Shown in pieces: positions 26,701-41,700 of a stretch of 64,000 nucleotides of DNA. Source of the stretch: Tubulanus polymorphus (Eukaryota > Animalia > Nemertea); contig NC_134029.1 of assembly GCF_964204645.1 (NCBI RefSeq), positions 5,642,001-5,706,000 on the forward strand. The letters run 5' to 3'. Below the pieces are notes generated by a model. That model was not told the DNA's origin and searched no databases. It saw only the letters and a list, made by a program, of their open reading frames with translations. Position numbers and translations under genes: made by a program. The stretch's first letter is position 1. Every line of letters starts with the position of its first letter.

Positions 26701-29700
26701 CTAACGGCTACTAACGGCGATCCTCTTTTTAACAGCGGAATTATCATGCCAATCTTTAGTCCATCTTCTGCCAAATTCTTGCGTCAGAGCTGTATATCTC
26801 CAAACGCGCAAAGGGGTGGCTCGCAGTTATGTTCCAGTTTTTCAAATTTTGGGCGATCAACAGCTAAACCACATTATACAAGAAGAAGCAGATGTGCATG
26901 ATATTGTGTGCGTGTGCGTGTGCGTGTGCGTGTGCGTGTGCGTATGATTTCCATGAGTGCCAGGGCCATGTTTTATCAATACAAGTTTGTAACTTCTTTC
27001 GGTGTCCATCGACTTGAATTACATTACCTTGTTATCACCATGTAATCTTCTAATGTATTTAATACGTGAATAAAGAATTGTAAAAAAATAGACAATATAT
27101 GATTAGTTAGTTTATCATGAACCTCACTCATTCACCCGATGAAGCTACTATAGGACCTACACTAGTAGCGAAAGCTCGTACTTCAAATAGATCTAGTTAA
27201 ACATTAAAGTACTATCCGTCTCGTTGTATTTATAATGAACGTCATTTCTGTTTGCCTAATGTCATTTCTTCTCCTAACAAAGATCAGAATGTGAAATGAA
27301 TAAGTTGATAGACCCAAAACTTGTCAGTGATTCCGTTGAAGAAGAACCAAGAAAACTAATCCTATTAACTGCGGAATGTTTGTGCACATGGTGCACATGG
27401 AGCCAGATGAAAACTTTGATACGGCGAAAATTCCTTCTAATTGAAGTTTCTTTTCTGATGAGGGCACGTCAGGTAAATGAAACGTTACGATAATCGATTG
27501 TTAGTGTGTGTGCCTCTCGTTCATTGCGAGACTTGTCATTCAGAAACAAAACGAACGCAGCGATGCTACGACACGCTTGGCAACCATCGCAAGTACCGCT
27601 CGTTCTGATATAGTTTCTCGGATTCCACCTTACACCACACTCTTCGATTCATCCAATCTTCGATGAAGAGACGCCGTAATTAAAAGAAGAATGATACAAT
27701 TTCAATATTCGAACAGGTAGAAACAATGTTTCAATCCTGAATCACCTCAGATCGAAGGCCGTATCAACTTCATCGTTATTATTTCGAATCTTTCTTTATT
27801 GAGAAAATTATTTGATAATGAAACATGTAGGAATATCAAAATGAAATATGATGGGAATACAGTGGCAAAAAGTTAGTACATGTGATGAAAAATTTCAGCT
27901 TGTCCAGAGTGATTTTTCTAATGTCAGCTCCCGGCCTCACAAACTTTTTCCCTCGAGAAAAGCTGCCAATGAATTACGCGTCAATCATTACGCGTCCTAT
28001 CAACCCTTTTATCTACTGGCCCGCGTTGTTATATTCCCCATAGATGTCGACAAGATAGTCGTTAAAAAGTATCGGACACGTAAGGCTAATTCGTTCATTC
28101 ACATCAGACTGATGGATTCACTGATTGATTCACCGAGACAGATGGACGTTGATGAACTCTTAGACCGAGTCACCTGGTTTTTTTTAGTGCGTCCCCGTCG
28201 AGTCATTGCTAAGCGCTAGGACCTGGTTGACAGCCATATTTATTGCTTGGTCGTCGATCTTCCTTCTATTTCCCAAACGTAGTACAAACTACGTATCTCA
28301 ACGCTTTTACTAGTAGTACATGTTACGTAAATAGTTAGATTGCCGAACATAGTTGTATTCCTGGGCTCGTAACTTGAAAATTACGGAGGCAAAGTTAAGA
28401 TTAAAATCCGGCAGGTACTTGTTCTCAGAGCATTGCCAAACGCGTTTTCATTTAATAATGCATGATCATTCGTGCCAATTTTGTTTCTACTCTTCGTACC
28501 GGCAATTTTCTCGTGACGGCAGTTTCGATTTGCGGCTAATCTCGCGTATTCTTTTTCAATAATGCGATGAAAACAGCCTTCCGAACGAACACGTATCGCT
28601 CGAGCTGTGAGTTCGGAATTTAAGTCGTTACGAATTAGTAATATCATGCGTCATTCTTCTCGCTCAGTTTAACCTGTCAGCGCACGGCACCGAAGCGTTC
28701 AATTATGAATTGCAGTAACGACAGAAATTCGATAACAAATAGAGACAGTAACTAGATATATTTTTAGCAGGTAAAACGCCCAGAGTGTCATTGATCCGAT
28801 TGATAGTTGATTGGCCATGGGAGTTTATACGTGATTCACGCGAAAAGTTGTTGCGTGTTTCTACATGAAGAATTTGAGAACGGACAAAAATTTCTGATTA
28901 TGTTTGCACAATCACTGACATAAGAAATAGTAAAATATCTCAATAGATTTGGTAACATCGTTTAGGTACTGCCCTCGCTCTTTATATTTGCTGTAACTCC
29001 TGTAAATATGTTATCTTTTAGATTTTATCGCGTAATTCTTGTAAATTTTATCCTGTGAAATCTATTGTCTTTTTTCATCCTTTATTGCGTTTTATGTACT
29101 TCCATGTTTTATTGTAAAACTATCTCAGTCGCAAAAAAGAATTGAAATGATTTGGATTGAATTATTCCGGTGTTTATGAAGAATCGGACACATTTCCACT
29201 AGTTAGCATAGCTTCATGTTTCCTGCACTTGGAAAATCGTAATCACATAAGATCTTTTCCTTCTTTAGAACTTAATCTAATGAGTACATCAAGATCCAAT
29301 GTTTTGGTCTTTCGAATTGATCAGTTAAGTCATACGTCAAGCGATCGCTACTTAGCTTCAAATGTCTGCTTCTGCAACAAAGTAACTTTTTTTTTGTTTT
29401 GAAAGTGCAGCGTAAAAGGCAGAAGTCTCCTGGGAATTTCTGTAATTATCGTCTCGGAAAGATGAAAAAACTTGTGGTCTTCTAGGAAATATTTGTTATC
29501 TCTTTCTATTTTCTCTTTTAAACGTCGAGCTTTGTGAGGAGTAGCTCTCTGATAGATTGATGGCGATTTGTTTTTACATTTCCATTCAATTTTTATTGCA
29601 CAATAAATCCGAAGAGAGGTTCACAAACGCACACGAACAACTTGGCTAAAATGGAACGATTAATTTCGCCAGCTCATCGATTCTAAATAGATGTCTATTG

Positions 29701-32700
29701 AAGCACTTAAACATTTAATAAAAACGGTAACTCGAAGCCTCAAGTGCTCACACGCAAGAAACCGTTCTATTCATGTGCATCTTATGAATGTCCTTAGGAC
29801 AAAATAACCAATTTTTGAATTTAGGTGTAAGTCGTAAGAAATGATTACAATTTTATCTTTCCAATATCTATCAAAGGATACCGCCGAAAGCCGAACAAGA
29901 ATCTTCTTATTCTACCTAAATTCCTAAATTCCATCGTTCCAATTGTTTCTAAGGAATACAGGCAATATTCTCATGAATGGTATTTCCACCCAGATGAATT
30001 AATAGTGAAATGAATTTTCTGAATAGAGGGAGGCGATAATTGCGAATCTTAAGCTATGTAATTGTCTTAAAGTATACACGTTAATAATGATATCGGTATA
30101 ATAAACGCAAAACATACAGCAATGAAACGAAGTTTTTCCCGTCAATATTACACAAACAGCTACGTGAGCGCTTGAATTAATGAATAAATGAAAGAGAACA
30201 AAAGGCAAATAATTTTTAATCATGCTTGCGGCTATGTTAAAAACATCTTTATTCATAACCAGAAATTGGAGAAAATAGCTTCCGTTTTTCTCCGGCATTA
30301 GGCATCGCATTCTTTTGTTCAGTATAAGAACTGAATATTCAGTTACCGCACGTTGTTAGAAAAAAAAGTTTATTGAGGAACCATAGACCTTGTCGGAAGA
30401 CCTGTAAGTCGGTCAACTTTCTTACCCAGAACGCACCTAGAGCTTTTACGGCTATCCTTTTTATAAGAAAGCTTAAAGGTTTGAATTAGGAAGCGACAAA
30501 AAGGGCTTATTTACATTGGAGTTGTAACGGAGCTTTTATCGAAGCTTCGTTCATTTTTCATATCGATTTTCGAAAGAGCGCACGATAAACCCGGTAATGA
30601 AATCATAACGAACGCTACATAAAACCGATCGGGTATCCTACGAATTCGCAATATTAGTTTTACGAGAATTTTTACTATCGACGATCGCCGCATCTGAAAC
30701 AGTAACGCCATATTTGGCGTACGGGAATTTATTGGCAATAAAGTCGGGTATGTTTCACGCAGACTCATCGATTACTAATTAGTTTGGCTTTAAACGGACG
30801 ACCGGATGTGGCCAGTATCGCAGCGGAGCAGACGAGAAAACGGTGTCGCATGATAAACGAGGTCCTGGAGGAATGGTGGCGTTTCATGAACTGGCGTTTT
30901 AGATCCAAAATTGCCGGAATAATTGATTGATTGATTGATTGATCAGCAAAAACCTCGACTCAAGAGATTTAAGTGGCCACTACGTGCAATATACCGTGTT
31001 TCGGAATCTCGAAGGGTCCTAACGACAAATAGCCATTAGTTTTAGGCGGTGTGAATATTCCTATTTCTGACACGAACACCGCTGCTGAAAATGTCACAGC
31101 GTCACAGTTTTAATACTCCTCAGGTTTATAATACTGTGCGTCTTTTGGTGTATACAGATTTGGTGTTTACGGGCTACATTGGATGGACAATGGGATCCTG
31201 CGCGTGAACCTCATGTGGCAATCGAGGGTTCCACTTATGGCAAGCGAGGATCCACCAGGTTCGCTAGAAGTAAATCGGTCTTCCGCGTTCGATTTCTGCT
31301 ACATTTCATTAAAACTGAATTAATTTAACTTTTTCTTAAATAAATCAATAAAAACTATTTCGATACCTGAGTAGAAAATATGAATTTATTGTACATTTGG
31401 TGGGTCCTGTGATGATATATAGATTCGGGAGTCTAAAAGTACAGTTCAAAGTTGTAGAACTTATGAACAACGTAAGGTTACAATTACGATTACGATTTTA
31501 TTTACACTCCAACAATTTCCATGGTATATGGAGGAAAAATATTACACTTATACATACAAATATTAACAAAACAACACTTAAGTGATAAAAATTTAAAGAA
31601 TAACGTAACAAAATGTATATTCTTTAACTATTAATTAAGACTATTGGGATAGCTGGTGTTGCTGCCCCCATTGATACTAGCATTATAATCGGATTGATTG
31701 AATAAATGAACACTTTCTAGCCCAGGAAATTCATTTTCTACTCCTTAATGAAGTGTCTTTAGGAAAATATATCGGTCTAATGGAGAAAATATTCATGGTG
31801 TATGGTTTGATTAACTTTGTGGTGACTGATTTCATTTGAAAGTACATGCGTTTACCCCATATAGGGCCATCTAACCTCGAGCAAGCGAAGCTATTAAGTC
31901 TACAACATCGGTACCTGTAGCATAAAGCGAGCCTAATTACCCTATTTCGATGCAGTTTCCTTGAATTACCATTTCAATCTAGTACCACGGTGTCCGCAAA
32001 AGCGTAAAGTAAATGCAGTTTCAACAATCGTTCAGTCGTGATGATGATGAACAATCTTTTCATGCGGCACCTCGTCGGGTCGGTTTTCTACGAGGAAATA
32101 ACCGTAACCACTTGAGTCATTCTCACGATTTTTTCCGTGGTCGGAACAATTTTACAAGAGGCCTGCTTTACTGTCTGCACAGTGAGCCCATGTTTTGGCA
32201 TATACTCGGCAAATTCGTAAATTGAATGACTTACATCGGCTATGAATACGTGCTGTTGCTGGTAAATGCATTTCAACTTGACATACGTATTCCTGTCGTC
32301 GAATTGATGTCCTACTTAAAGCCGACAGGTTTATATCAATCACTACTATTAAGCTGGATTTAAATTCAAACTCAATTTACCAAACGACAGTTTTCGGCCA
32401 TTCTTCGTAAGATTGATTCGGGAATTTCGAGTGACTTAAGCACCTTTCAATTAACGTCGCATTTCCGACTGAAATACGTTTCGTTCAGATCAAAAATGAA
32501 CAGGAAACATTTTCGTTCGTGCTCGGAAGCCGTATAGCGGAAAAATTTAAGCCGTCAGTAAAATCACTAAATCAATCACACACTTAAACGAACTGGTGTT
32601 TGGAGCAACAAATCAAATTTTGTCAACGATCTATTGACCATTATTCAAGCAATGTGCGTAATCCGTGGATTGAAAAAGTTATTGATCAAAATCATCAATG

Positions 32701-35700
32701 AAAACCGATCTAATGATTTCGTATCGGAAATCGATTATGAATAGGTTCAATCCTCGGATCATAAACTAAATTTCAATGAGTCGATACACAGATAACCACC
32801 AAAGAAATTGTCGTTCTCAAACCGATACGCTTTTTATGCCCATGTCGTTTTGACTAAACCGGCGGAAGGATCGAGAAGGAATGTACGTATGTACTTTAAG
32901 AACGACGTCCAAAGAAATATCCAAACGTTGTCAACTATCGATTTTTCATCCTCATCACAGCCTGTAGCGCATCTGAAGGAGATTTATTCATTTGCGCGAG
33001 TCTTCACTTCTTGCAAGGGGGCTTAAAGTCGTGGAAAAATCTGTCAAGTTTCTTCAGTATATCCCATGATAGCAATTTCGTCTATTCCCCTAAAGGTCTG
33101 AATTCGTCAATGCAAAGTTCGACTTCCGAATATTCTCGACCACCTCCCCGGGTGGCTTCTTTTTAGTAGCCCGTGGAGGTTCCCAAAGGAACCATGTCCG
33201 ATCGGATCCGTCTATGTCGCTGTCACTCGAGTCGTGGCTGCAATTCTTATTCTAGATTCTTGATTCATCACGCATGTTTCACTTTCTGTATTACATGGGG
33301 TGACTTGAATTAATAAAATCGTAGTTTTCTCCTCACAAGACCTTCGATGTCGATGTAGATGTAATAGGAACAGAAGAATTCCTTTATATTCAAATAGATC
33401 CTATGGTGGCTGAAAAGGGCCATAGCGTAAAATTCTTGGTATGTAAATGAGGGCACCAGAACGCCAGAACGCCAAAACGAAAAACAAACGTCCAATTTTC
33501 TCTGAAAGTTCGTTTTGGCGCGCCAAAACAAAGATTATTTCGTTTTGGCGCCCAGCCAAAACAAGCATTTAACCACAGTTAAATAATTTTTCAATTTGGC
33601 GCGTTGATCCTGTGTGTAATTTGCATAAATTTGCATATATAGAATTACTTTACGTGGTTGAGAGTTCGTTTTGGCGGGGGTGCCAAAACGGAATATTCTT
33701 TGTTTTGGCGCGCCAAAACGAACTTTCAGAGAAAATTGGACGTTTTAGAGAAATTTCGACGTTTTTCGTTGTGTTGGCGTTCTGACGTTCTGACGCCCTT
33801 ATTTACATACCAGGAATTTTACGCTATGTCCCTTATCAACCACCATATAGATCTGACATGGACGATAAAAAGTCGCTTGTAAATGGTGCAGATATTTAGT
33901 AATGGTTGTATGATGTATACGTGCTTACCACAGGTCCGTTTGCTGATTGCATTTTCGGCCCCGTTCGGCTGCGCTAAATACGTACGAAGCAATATATGCA
34001 CTCGTGTGCGGGCTTGCGAGTCAACGTGACGTCGTTTGAAGAATCATATACCTTGAAGTAATCATTTGAATGATTACTCCAAGCTTATACGTAGAGTGAC
34101 AGTGAAGGGTAGCCTTGGTGATTAAGAAGCAAACCCTCTTCCGCTCCCGAGTCTGTTGCAATCTAGATTTTCAAGCATACCTTTTGACAACGAACCGTCG
34201 CCGTTATGCTAATTGATTATCGACCGCTCAAATATTTCATTTCGAATCGTAATCGCGCACCGACGAAATTTGGAAAAATCTTAATCCATTCGATTGGAGA
34301 AAATTTGACAAACGATTCAATAATCGATGTCGTCGTACATGAGTTTAATTTACAAGCCAATAAAATATCGTGGTTTCCGTGAATATAAATCAAATCGTAT
34401 AATTGCTGGAAAACTATCTATCAAACTTATTCCGCATCGACGAAATTATGCGTCTACGTACGAACGAGATCGGCGTCGTGATATTTTACGTAGTAATCTG
34501 GTAGAGGAGGGAGGCATTTCGAAATTTAATGTGCATTTAATTGGATTTATAAATCACCGCCCTGGAAACCGTATGTTTTTCGCTGGCGAATGACGAATGG
34601 ATTTATCAATCCGATAGCGAATCTGCGGGTCTGATGTGGCTACGGCCGGAAAATAGCCGGCGTCGAAATACTCTACGCGATTAACTAATTAGGTGCGATA
34701 AACACGTGGCTCATTTTTTACCCGGAGGTGAGTCGTGATCGAATGACAGAATATGAGATAATTTTGTGCAAAAATATGAAGCAATTAGCGCTGGCAAATC
34801 TCTTTACGCTAAACAAATATAGAGAGTATTACTTTTCAGAAATGTTTCTAAATCACAGCTTAGCTGTCTTCTTCGTGTCTGTAATGTTGTCTTCAGTTTT
34901 AGTTCGACTTCCGTTTTAGAGATACCCTCGTGACTTACACTATACTCGAAAACATCTTTGATAAGGTCACGATCTCATTTCGAGAAGCGAATCCACGCGA
35001 AGTGAAATGAAAAATACTTCACTGAGGAACTAATCGAGAAGAACTCGCTTGCGTGCGGTAAATTCCAGGTGATCGATTTGAAAAAGATTCTACTTATGCC
35101 TGTCAAACTATCAATGTCTATATCAACCGTGATTCGTTATGTAAATTGATTCGATCTCGAACCGGTTTACCCCGACGATAGTCGAGCAATATCGAACCTA
35201 ACAATTTAGCCCACGCGAATTGAATTTGACGCTGATTTGAAACGAGATCTGATTTGAGAATTGGTCCCGGAAATGTAATTTCAACGAAATACGTATACGA
35301 TATTGAAATTCGTTTTTTCTCATGGTCAGTCGCTTCTTAAGAGAATTTTCTTTCGACAAAAAGCTATTTCTCATATAGAATCCGGATCGTATGATACGTA
35401 CCTTTGGTAAATCCTATATCGAATCATATTTTGCGAATGAAAGGAATGAGTTTGCGCAGAGATGCCGATAATGCCAATTATTATGAGATTCCTCGCATCA
35501 GAATCCCGGTTGAAACGCGGTTTACTGTGTCTTTTCACACTAATTTGCGAGCAAACCGCGTGGTTTAAGTGGTCGTCTCATATTATGATGTTGACGGTAT
35601 ACCGATATGAAAAGTGACACTTCTACACGTACACGATATATTGGCACTTCGAGAGCTTATTTCTCGTCTCAAAATGAAATCAAAATGAGACGCGGGCATT

Positions 35701-38700
35701 CTCTTTTATACTCGTCCAGGCTCATCCGAAATAATAATACTATTTCACCACAAAGGCGTCATTTCTGCGCAGAGATCCGCAATCAAGTTTAGATCAGCCC
35801 TTGAAAAGTCACGTCGACAAATCTCTGCACGATATTATGCCCGACTCATGATATTTGAGATTGTCCCGCAGCTGAAAAGTAATGCCGACGAATTTTTGAA
35901 TCACAAATCCATGACTGGGTGTTAACAGGGGCAAAATGAAACTTCGCTCTAACAATAAAACTAACTTGAACGTTTATTGCAACCTTGAAGAAAAATTACA
36001 TCGACAATGAATGAATATAATATAATATTCAGGATCAATAAAGTAATTTTGAATTTGTATATGACGACCTGCAGTGCTACTGTGGCAATCGAGGATTCCA
36101 CGTATGGCAGGCGAGGATCCGCCAGGTTCGCTAGTAGATAGTTGGTCGTCCTAGTTCGATTTCTTCTACATTTCAATCAAATCTGAATGAACTTTTCTCT
36201 TAAATGAATCAATTATTTATGAAAACTATACCGATATCCAAGAGAATGAAATTATTGTATATTTAGTAGGTCCTGTAATAATATATAGATTGGAGTCTAA
36301 AAATCCAGTTCAAAGTTCATTGAAAACTAACTAATTTTGACAACGGACGACCTACTGCTCGTCACGCCATCTGTTGGGATATCTGATTTGCGGGTACCCC
36401 CGACGGGCAACCAGCCTAACCAGTCCAGGACAAGAGCCCACTTGTCACTCGGCACTGATGGTGGATGCAACAGCATCACGCCGAATTTGATAATCTTCCA
36501 ATCAATGAAATATGTACGCGCTTCCAAGAAAAATGATCCAACGTTACTACGGATTAATCGAATTTTGAACGACAACGAAAACACACGCCACACGCAACAA
36601 AATAATGAAAGCTATTCGTTTGCAGCTGATCTGTTTTTAGAATTGATTTTGTTGAATCGGATGTTTGAATTATCGCGTAAAAGCACATTTGCGTGTGGTC
36701 TTTCGTCCGTGCATTAATTTCAAGACTGTCACAAATCGGGCTCGGTTGGGATTTCACTGACTTTGAGTATGAAATATGACGCTAAACCACAAGCGATTAT
36801 TTCATCAATTCGCTTTCGCGATAGATAGACGTTGGTTGAACGCGGTTTCTAAATCCGTTAGATATCCAAACTAGACGTTTATCGAATAATTTTTATTCTT
36901 AAAGAGCTTTTTTACTTGGGTCACATGAAAACGTCATCGCGGGGCTCAATCAGAGAAGTAACAACATAGGCTCGAGAAGCTATTTTTTATTCGCTTTATC
37001 CAAGAACGAGTCCAATAAGTATCATCGAGAGTCAATCTAGCTATTGTCTTCGTAAGGGGGAATTCTTTCCTTTCCCGGTGATTGCTTGTTTGGCTGTCAT
37101 GTCAAGTTACTTCAGGCCGCGCAAATTCCGTTTTTCGATGTTGGCAGGCGGGATGCTGTCGGTTCATTATCGTTCGAACATGTTGTAGGAATCGTGCACG
37201 TATCAGTTTTAGCAATGACCGCCCCCCCCCCCCCCCCCTCAATAGACTTATTCTGAATAGTGGCAAAAATATGTATGCCGAAGAATAGATATCTTACATG
37301 TTAAGAAATGCTGAAAAACGATTTCTACCCGAAAAACGGTATCATCTCACTCACTCATTGTCAACAAACTATCGGTCAGGGTTCTCGTCAACAAATCAAC
37401 CCCAAGTCCATTTATTTGCCACCAATCTTCTCATCCATTTACTCGCAAAGGGAGCATAAGACGTCTTGGTGTCACGACCTTGACCTTCGCAAAAAGGACA
37501 ATTGCATCGATCGAATCGTCAATCGGGTCATGTTTTATTGTGTATGACGATCGCAAAACGGCTATATGATCGATTGGGACTATATTTCATCAATACCGGG
37601 TTTCATAATAAGCAATCTATTTATTTCTCTTTTTTTCTGGGCCGTTCATAAATATGTACGTACAATTCGTCATCGTTCATCGGCTGGATAAGCGTTAGCA
37701 AAATTGCGCCGAATCACATCATTTTTGTCGTCCACCCATTACGAGAATGCTGCTTTCTCTCCCGCTGATTTATCATCCGGCTATACAATATACACACACT
37801 GGGCAAATTCTTCCGATACTCATTTATCAGCGCACCAAAAACAGTGATTTCGCCGCTGGAACGATTCGTCATTCCATTTAATTCCTCGTTATTTTTCGGT
37901 GTGTAATTGAGATTCTACTGGAAGGCAATTTGTGGTATTAAACGACAAATTCAGATTACCAAGTTCTAACGGAAATGAACTGCAGTCGCTTCGATCGGAG
38001 AAGTAAACGACAAAATTGGATCTTCGTCCATACGTTTAATCTCTACGATCTGTCTTCACCAAAAGGTCAATTCCTGATTACATTTTACTTCAATAACATT
38101 TATCTGTACAATTCGTGTTTTGCTAGTGATTCTAACTTTTTTATAGTCCATATCAAATCTCCGAAGTGGTAGTTCTTAATTATCTCGTTAATTGGCGTCG
38201 TTGCCGGACCGAATGCTGATTAAACGAAAGACACGAGAGTCACGTCTTGACGTCAGACGCCACCGCCACGTGCCATCCTAAATAGGACCATTAATCAAAA
38301 CATCGGAACCGCAATGTTTTTACCATGAAAGAAATGTCAAACAAATTAAAAATGAAACGAGTTTTTAATCAGCTATCGCTTCGATGATCAATGGTGGTGG
38401 CGACCTTACGTCCCGCAATGGGGTCCTCCAGCAACCGCGATAGTCAGATTTACTCATTGATCATAGATTTTCAAATTCAACTCACAATACTTCGACCAGG
38501 CCAGTCACTTCACTGACGTCAGTGAATATTCTACTGAGATGTCACAGACGTATATTACATATTACCGTATTGTGTTACCAAACAATCTTTCGGCAAGTAC
38601 AACAAATAGAAGGTAACTGCTTCGATTTAGATGTGGCATTTAACAGTCTGATTAACAATTACAGATTGTCAGATCAATATTATGTGAAGTCAATTTGGCG

Positions 38701-41700
38701 TTCATCGTTAATTGAAATAATTTCCATGACCACGGACGACTCGTCCCTTCAGATTTATAGTTTCATTAGGACTATAATCGTATTACTTATTAGTCCAAGC
38801 CAAACCCATGTCTGATCAGCTGGACGGTTCAATGTGACTAAAAACTTAAATATGTAAGCATCTTATAACTTAAAGGGGTAAAACTTAAATATCTACACGT
38901 AGTCCTGCTTACACATTAATTTTTGAACTGTTCGTTTACTTCGTAGTTCTATGGGAAAGTGCTTATCTTCAACGAATTGGACTTCAATGCGTACGTATCT
39001 AATTAACTTGTTCGACCAATATCAGAATCTCGCGTCCAAAAATTTTAAGAAAAATTACGATTCTCATGTATGCAGTTCTTCGACCTGTACCAGAGACCAG
39101 TATCATATTTTATTCTGTGGCGTGAAGTGGAATCCATTTTTGATAACCCCTTTAACAAAGTGGCCATCGCGTCATAAGGAAGATAAGACACGTCGTGGTG
39201 TGCGGACTCTATCAATTATTTATCGGATCGTATCGTAAGTAAAAATGCCTCAATCTATTCGCACCGTTTTACACTGCCACTTTCTGTATTGATCACGCTT
39301 CTATCGATAGGAAAAAAAAGCGCGAGAAACTTTCGTGACGACGATTTTGTTGCCATCTTTTTCCTCCCTCGCGTTTATTCAAAGACGCAATGTACCATCC
39401 CGGTACGCGAACGTCAGTCAGTATTTAATGGCTAGTTATGATTGATTATTACCAGCATACATAACCTAACAGCACAATTTCTAGGGACGAACCGAATGAT
39501 TTTCTTTTCGTGAGTTGATGTATTCGATAAAGCAGACGAATGTTCGAAATAAGTTGAAATTCTAATCTCTAATTCAACGTGTCTGGCGCGTTATAGGGAA
39601 ACGTTATCCGAACCAGACAGACGCGGCTTGGAGCTTATAGATAATTTAGATAATTTATCCTAACAGAATGATTAAGCCACATGAGATGAGCCACATTTCC
39701 TCGACCACGATCATGTGCAGCATGCGGCGGGCGAACTTCGGTTTTCAAATAGTCAACGACTGTCAGAGCTGATAATCAGTCCTGAAGGTACCAAGTACAC
39801 AGACCGTCCCAAGCGCGTGGTTTGCTATATTTTCGACTTAGTCGATCTAACTTTCATTTAATTTCACTTAAGTAAGACAAACTACGACAACCGAATTTTT
39901 GGTCTCGGGCAGTTTAGTTTAGAATCCTCTCTCGAGGCTACCGAGCTGACCTCTTTAGTTGTTTTGTACACACGTTCGTCTTACCGACTGCAATTTTATC
40001 ATTACTGACGTCTTAGATTAGATTTTGTATCGATGCTGTTACAGCCGTATAACGCGCCTCATCTGTTCACAACCAGAAACCTATTATTTGTACATTAGCT
40101 TGTACAAGTATAGCTTTGATGAGCTGAAACGCGACGACGGAAGTGAAATTTTCGTGATAAAAAACGTATCGCTAAACATATGGTATTCATCCAACATGAC
40201 ATTTATACGTAATTGACGTCTCCATGGCTTTGCTGATCGCCGTCGCTGTGGAAGACATGACAGACGACCTATCTTCATCACAAGATTTTTGTATAGGCAC
40301 AATGTACAAATTCGTCAATTCGAAATTGGCGAACAACGAAGCTCTTTAGCACTGATCTATTTGGGATAATCGGATCTCATGCTCATACTCATGCTTCATG
40401 CAAACGTTGTTTCCACCGTGAAATTGAAAGCGATATTCCACAGGTTTCACTCGATTCAAAAGTTTCTGAAGAGTTCCAAGATTCATATCACGCGTTCTAA
40501 TCGGTTGATCACGCATTCTTATCGGTTGAAACGCAGCAGTAACTTTTCAAATCACTGCATTTATGTAGATTGGTTCTACCATTCAAAGCCACCTGATAGC
40601 TGACAAAAATTCAAATCCGATCACCGCGTGAATTGAATGAAACTTCGCAAAAATGCATAAAATATATAAATTGCCTCAGGCCAAGACATTATCAAATTGT
40701 TTATTGATATACAGTGATTTGATCTATAGCCTCCTCCCTCCAGAAGCTGTCTGTTAGAAAATCCTATCATTGGTAAGCGATTTGATGATGTCACAAGGGA
40801 TATGTATTCTTCTTTTTGGGTCTGGCGTAATGATATAAGATACCACGCTGACAAATAGCGATCGAGCCGGTTGAAAGGGATATTTCTGGTCAGAATGATA
40901 TGATGTACGTACGGCCATTTCCGAACACAAGTACAGGACTTCGATAGTAATTTCGTCGTTATCCTGCACATTGTCTATCGGGAGATCTTTCAATAAAGTC
41001 GTCAACCGAAGAGTAATCCACGGTCGTTATGTCGTTTCCTTTCTTTTACTGATTATCATACGGAAGTGCGACCGGCTTCCAATGGTGTTTACTTCGACTC
41101 GGTGACGATTCGACGATGACAGTCTACAGGAAACAACGCCGAGACTGAAATCTCCTTATGACACGTGCTCGGCCTGAAAATTACCTGGTTTTTTGCTGGA
41201 AACGGCGCAAGTTTATGCGTTTACGACCTCGCTGAGTTTGCATCGAATAATGACAATTTATTGCGGCTGTTTGTGACAAATATCAAACATTGCCGCTTGG
41301 CACAAATTTACTTTATATACGCTGCACTGAGGTTTTAGTCGTTAAATGTCAACAATCAAACCTTATTAACGATTCATTCAATATTGCTTGTCGGAATGTC
41401 ACTTCTTCTCAATTACCTTTCTATTGTCCGCAATTACCTCGGTTTATCTGGCCGCACAGACCAAAAGACCATTAATGAAATGTGGTGGCAGATTTCATGA
41501 AAAATCTGCGTGATAAAATGCTCTAATATAGTTTTCAGCGTGTGTCAAAATTCAGGTTTGTAATGGTCGACTTTCGATTGAAAAGCAAATCAAGTGACCC
41601 TTATACAAGCTGCTTTATTGAATTCCCAACTGTTAAAACTGCTAATACCATCAATTTTGATTTGTTGATGCTGTTAAACATGGAGTATGAGAATTCATGT

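Noticed and set aside
26720-27085. Possible LINE 3' end (HLLP...RSYVP...LN followed by aataaagaattg); similar tails at ~3700-3980 and ~28960-29160
   Set aside because: Resemblance is too weak to call without a repeat library.
33310-33882. Two similar ORFs on opposite strands (FWRAKTNFQRKLDV)
   Set aside because: Artefact of the inverted-repeat arms; no coding features.
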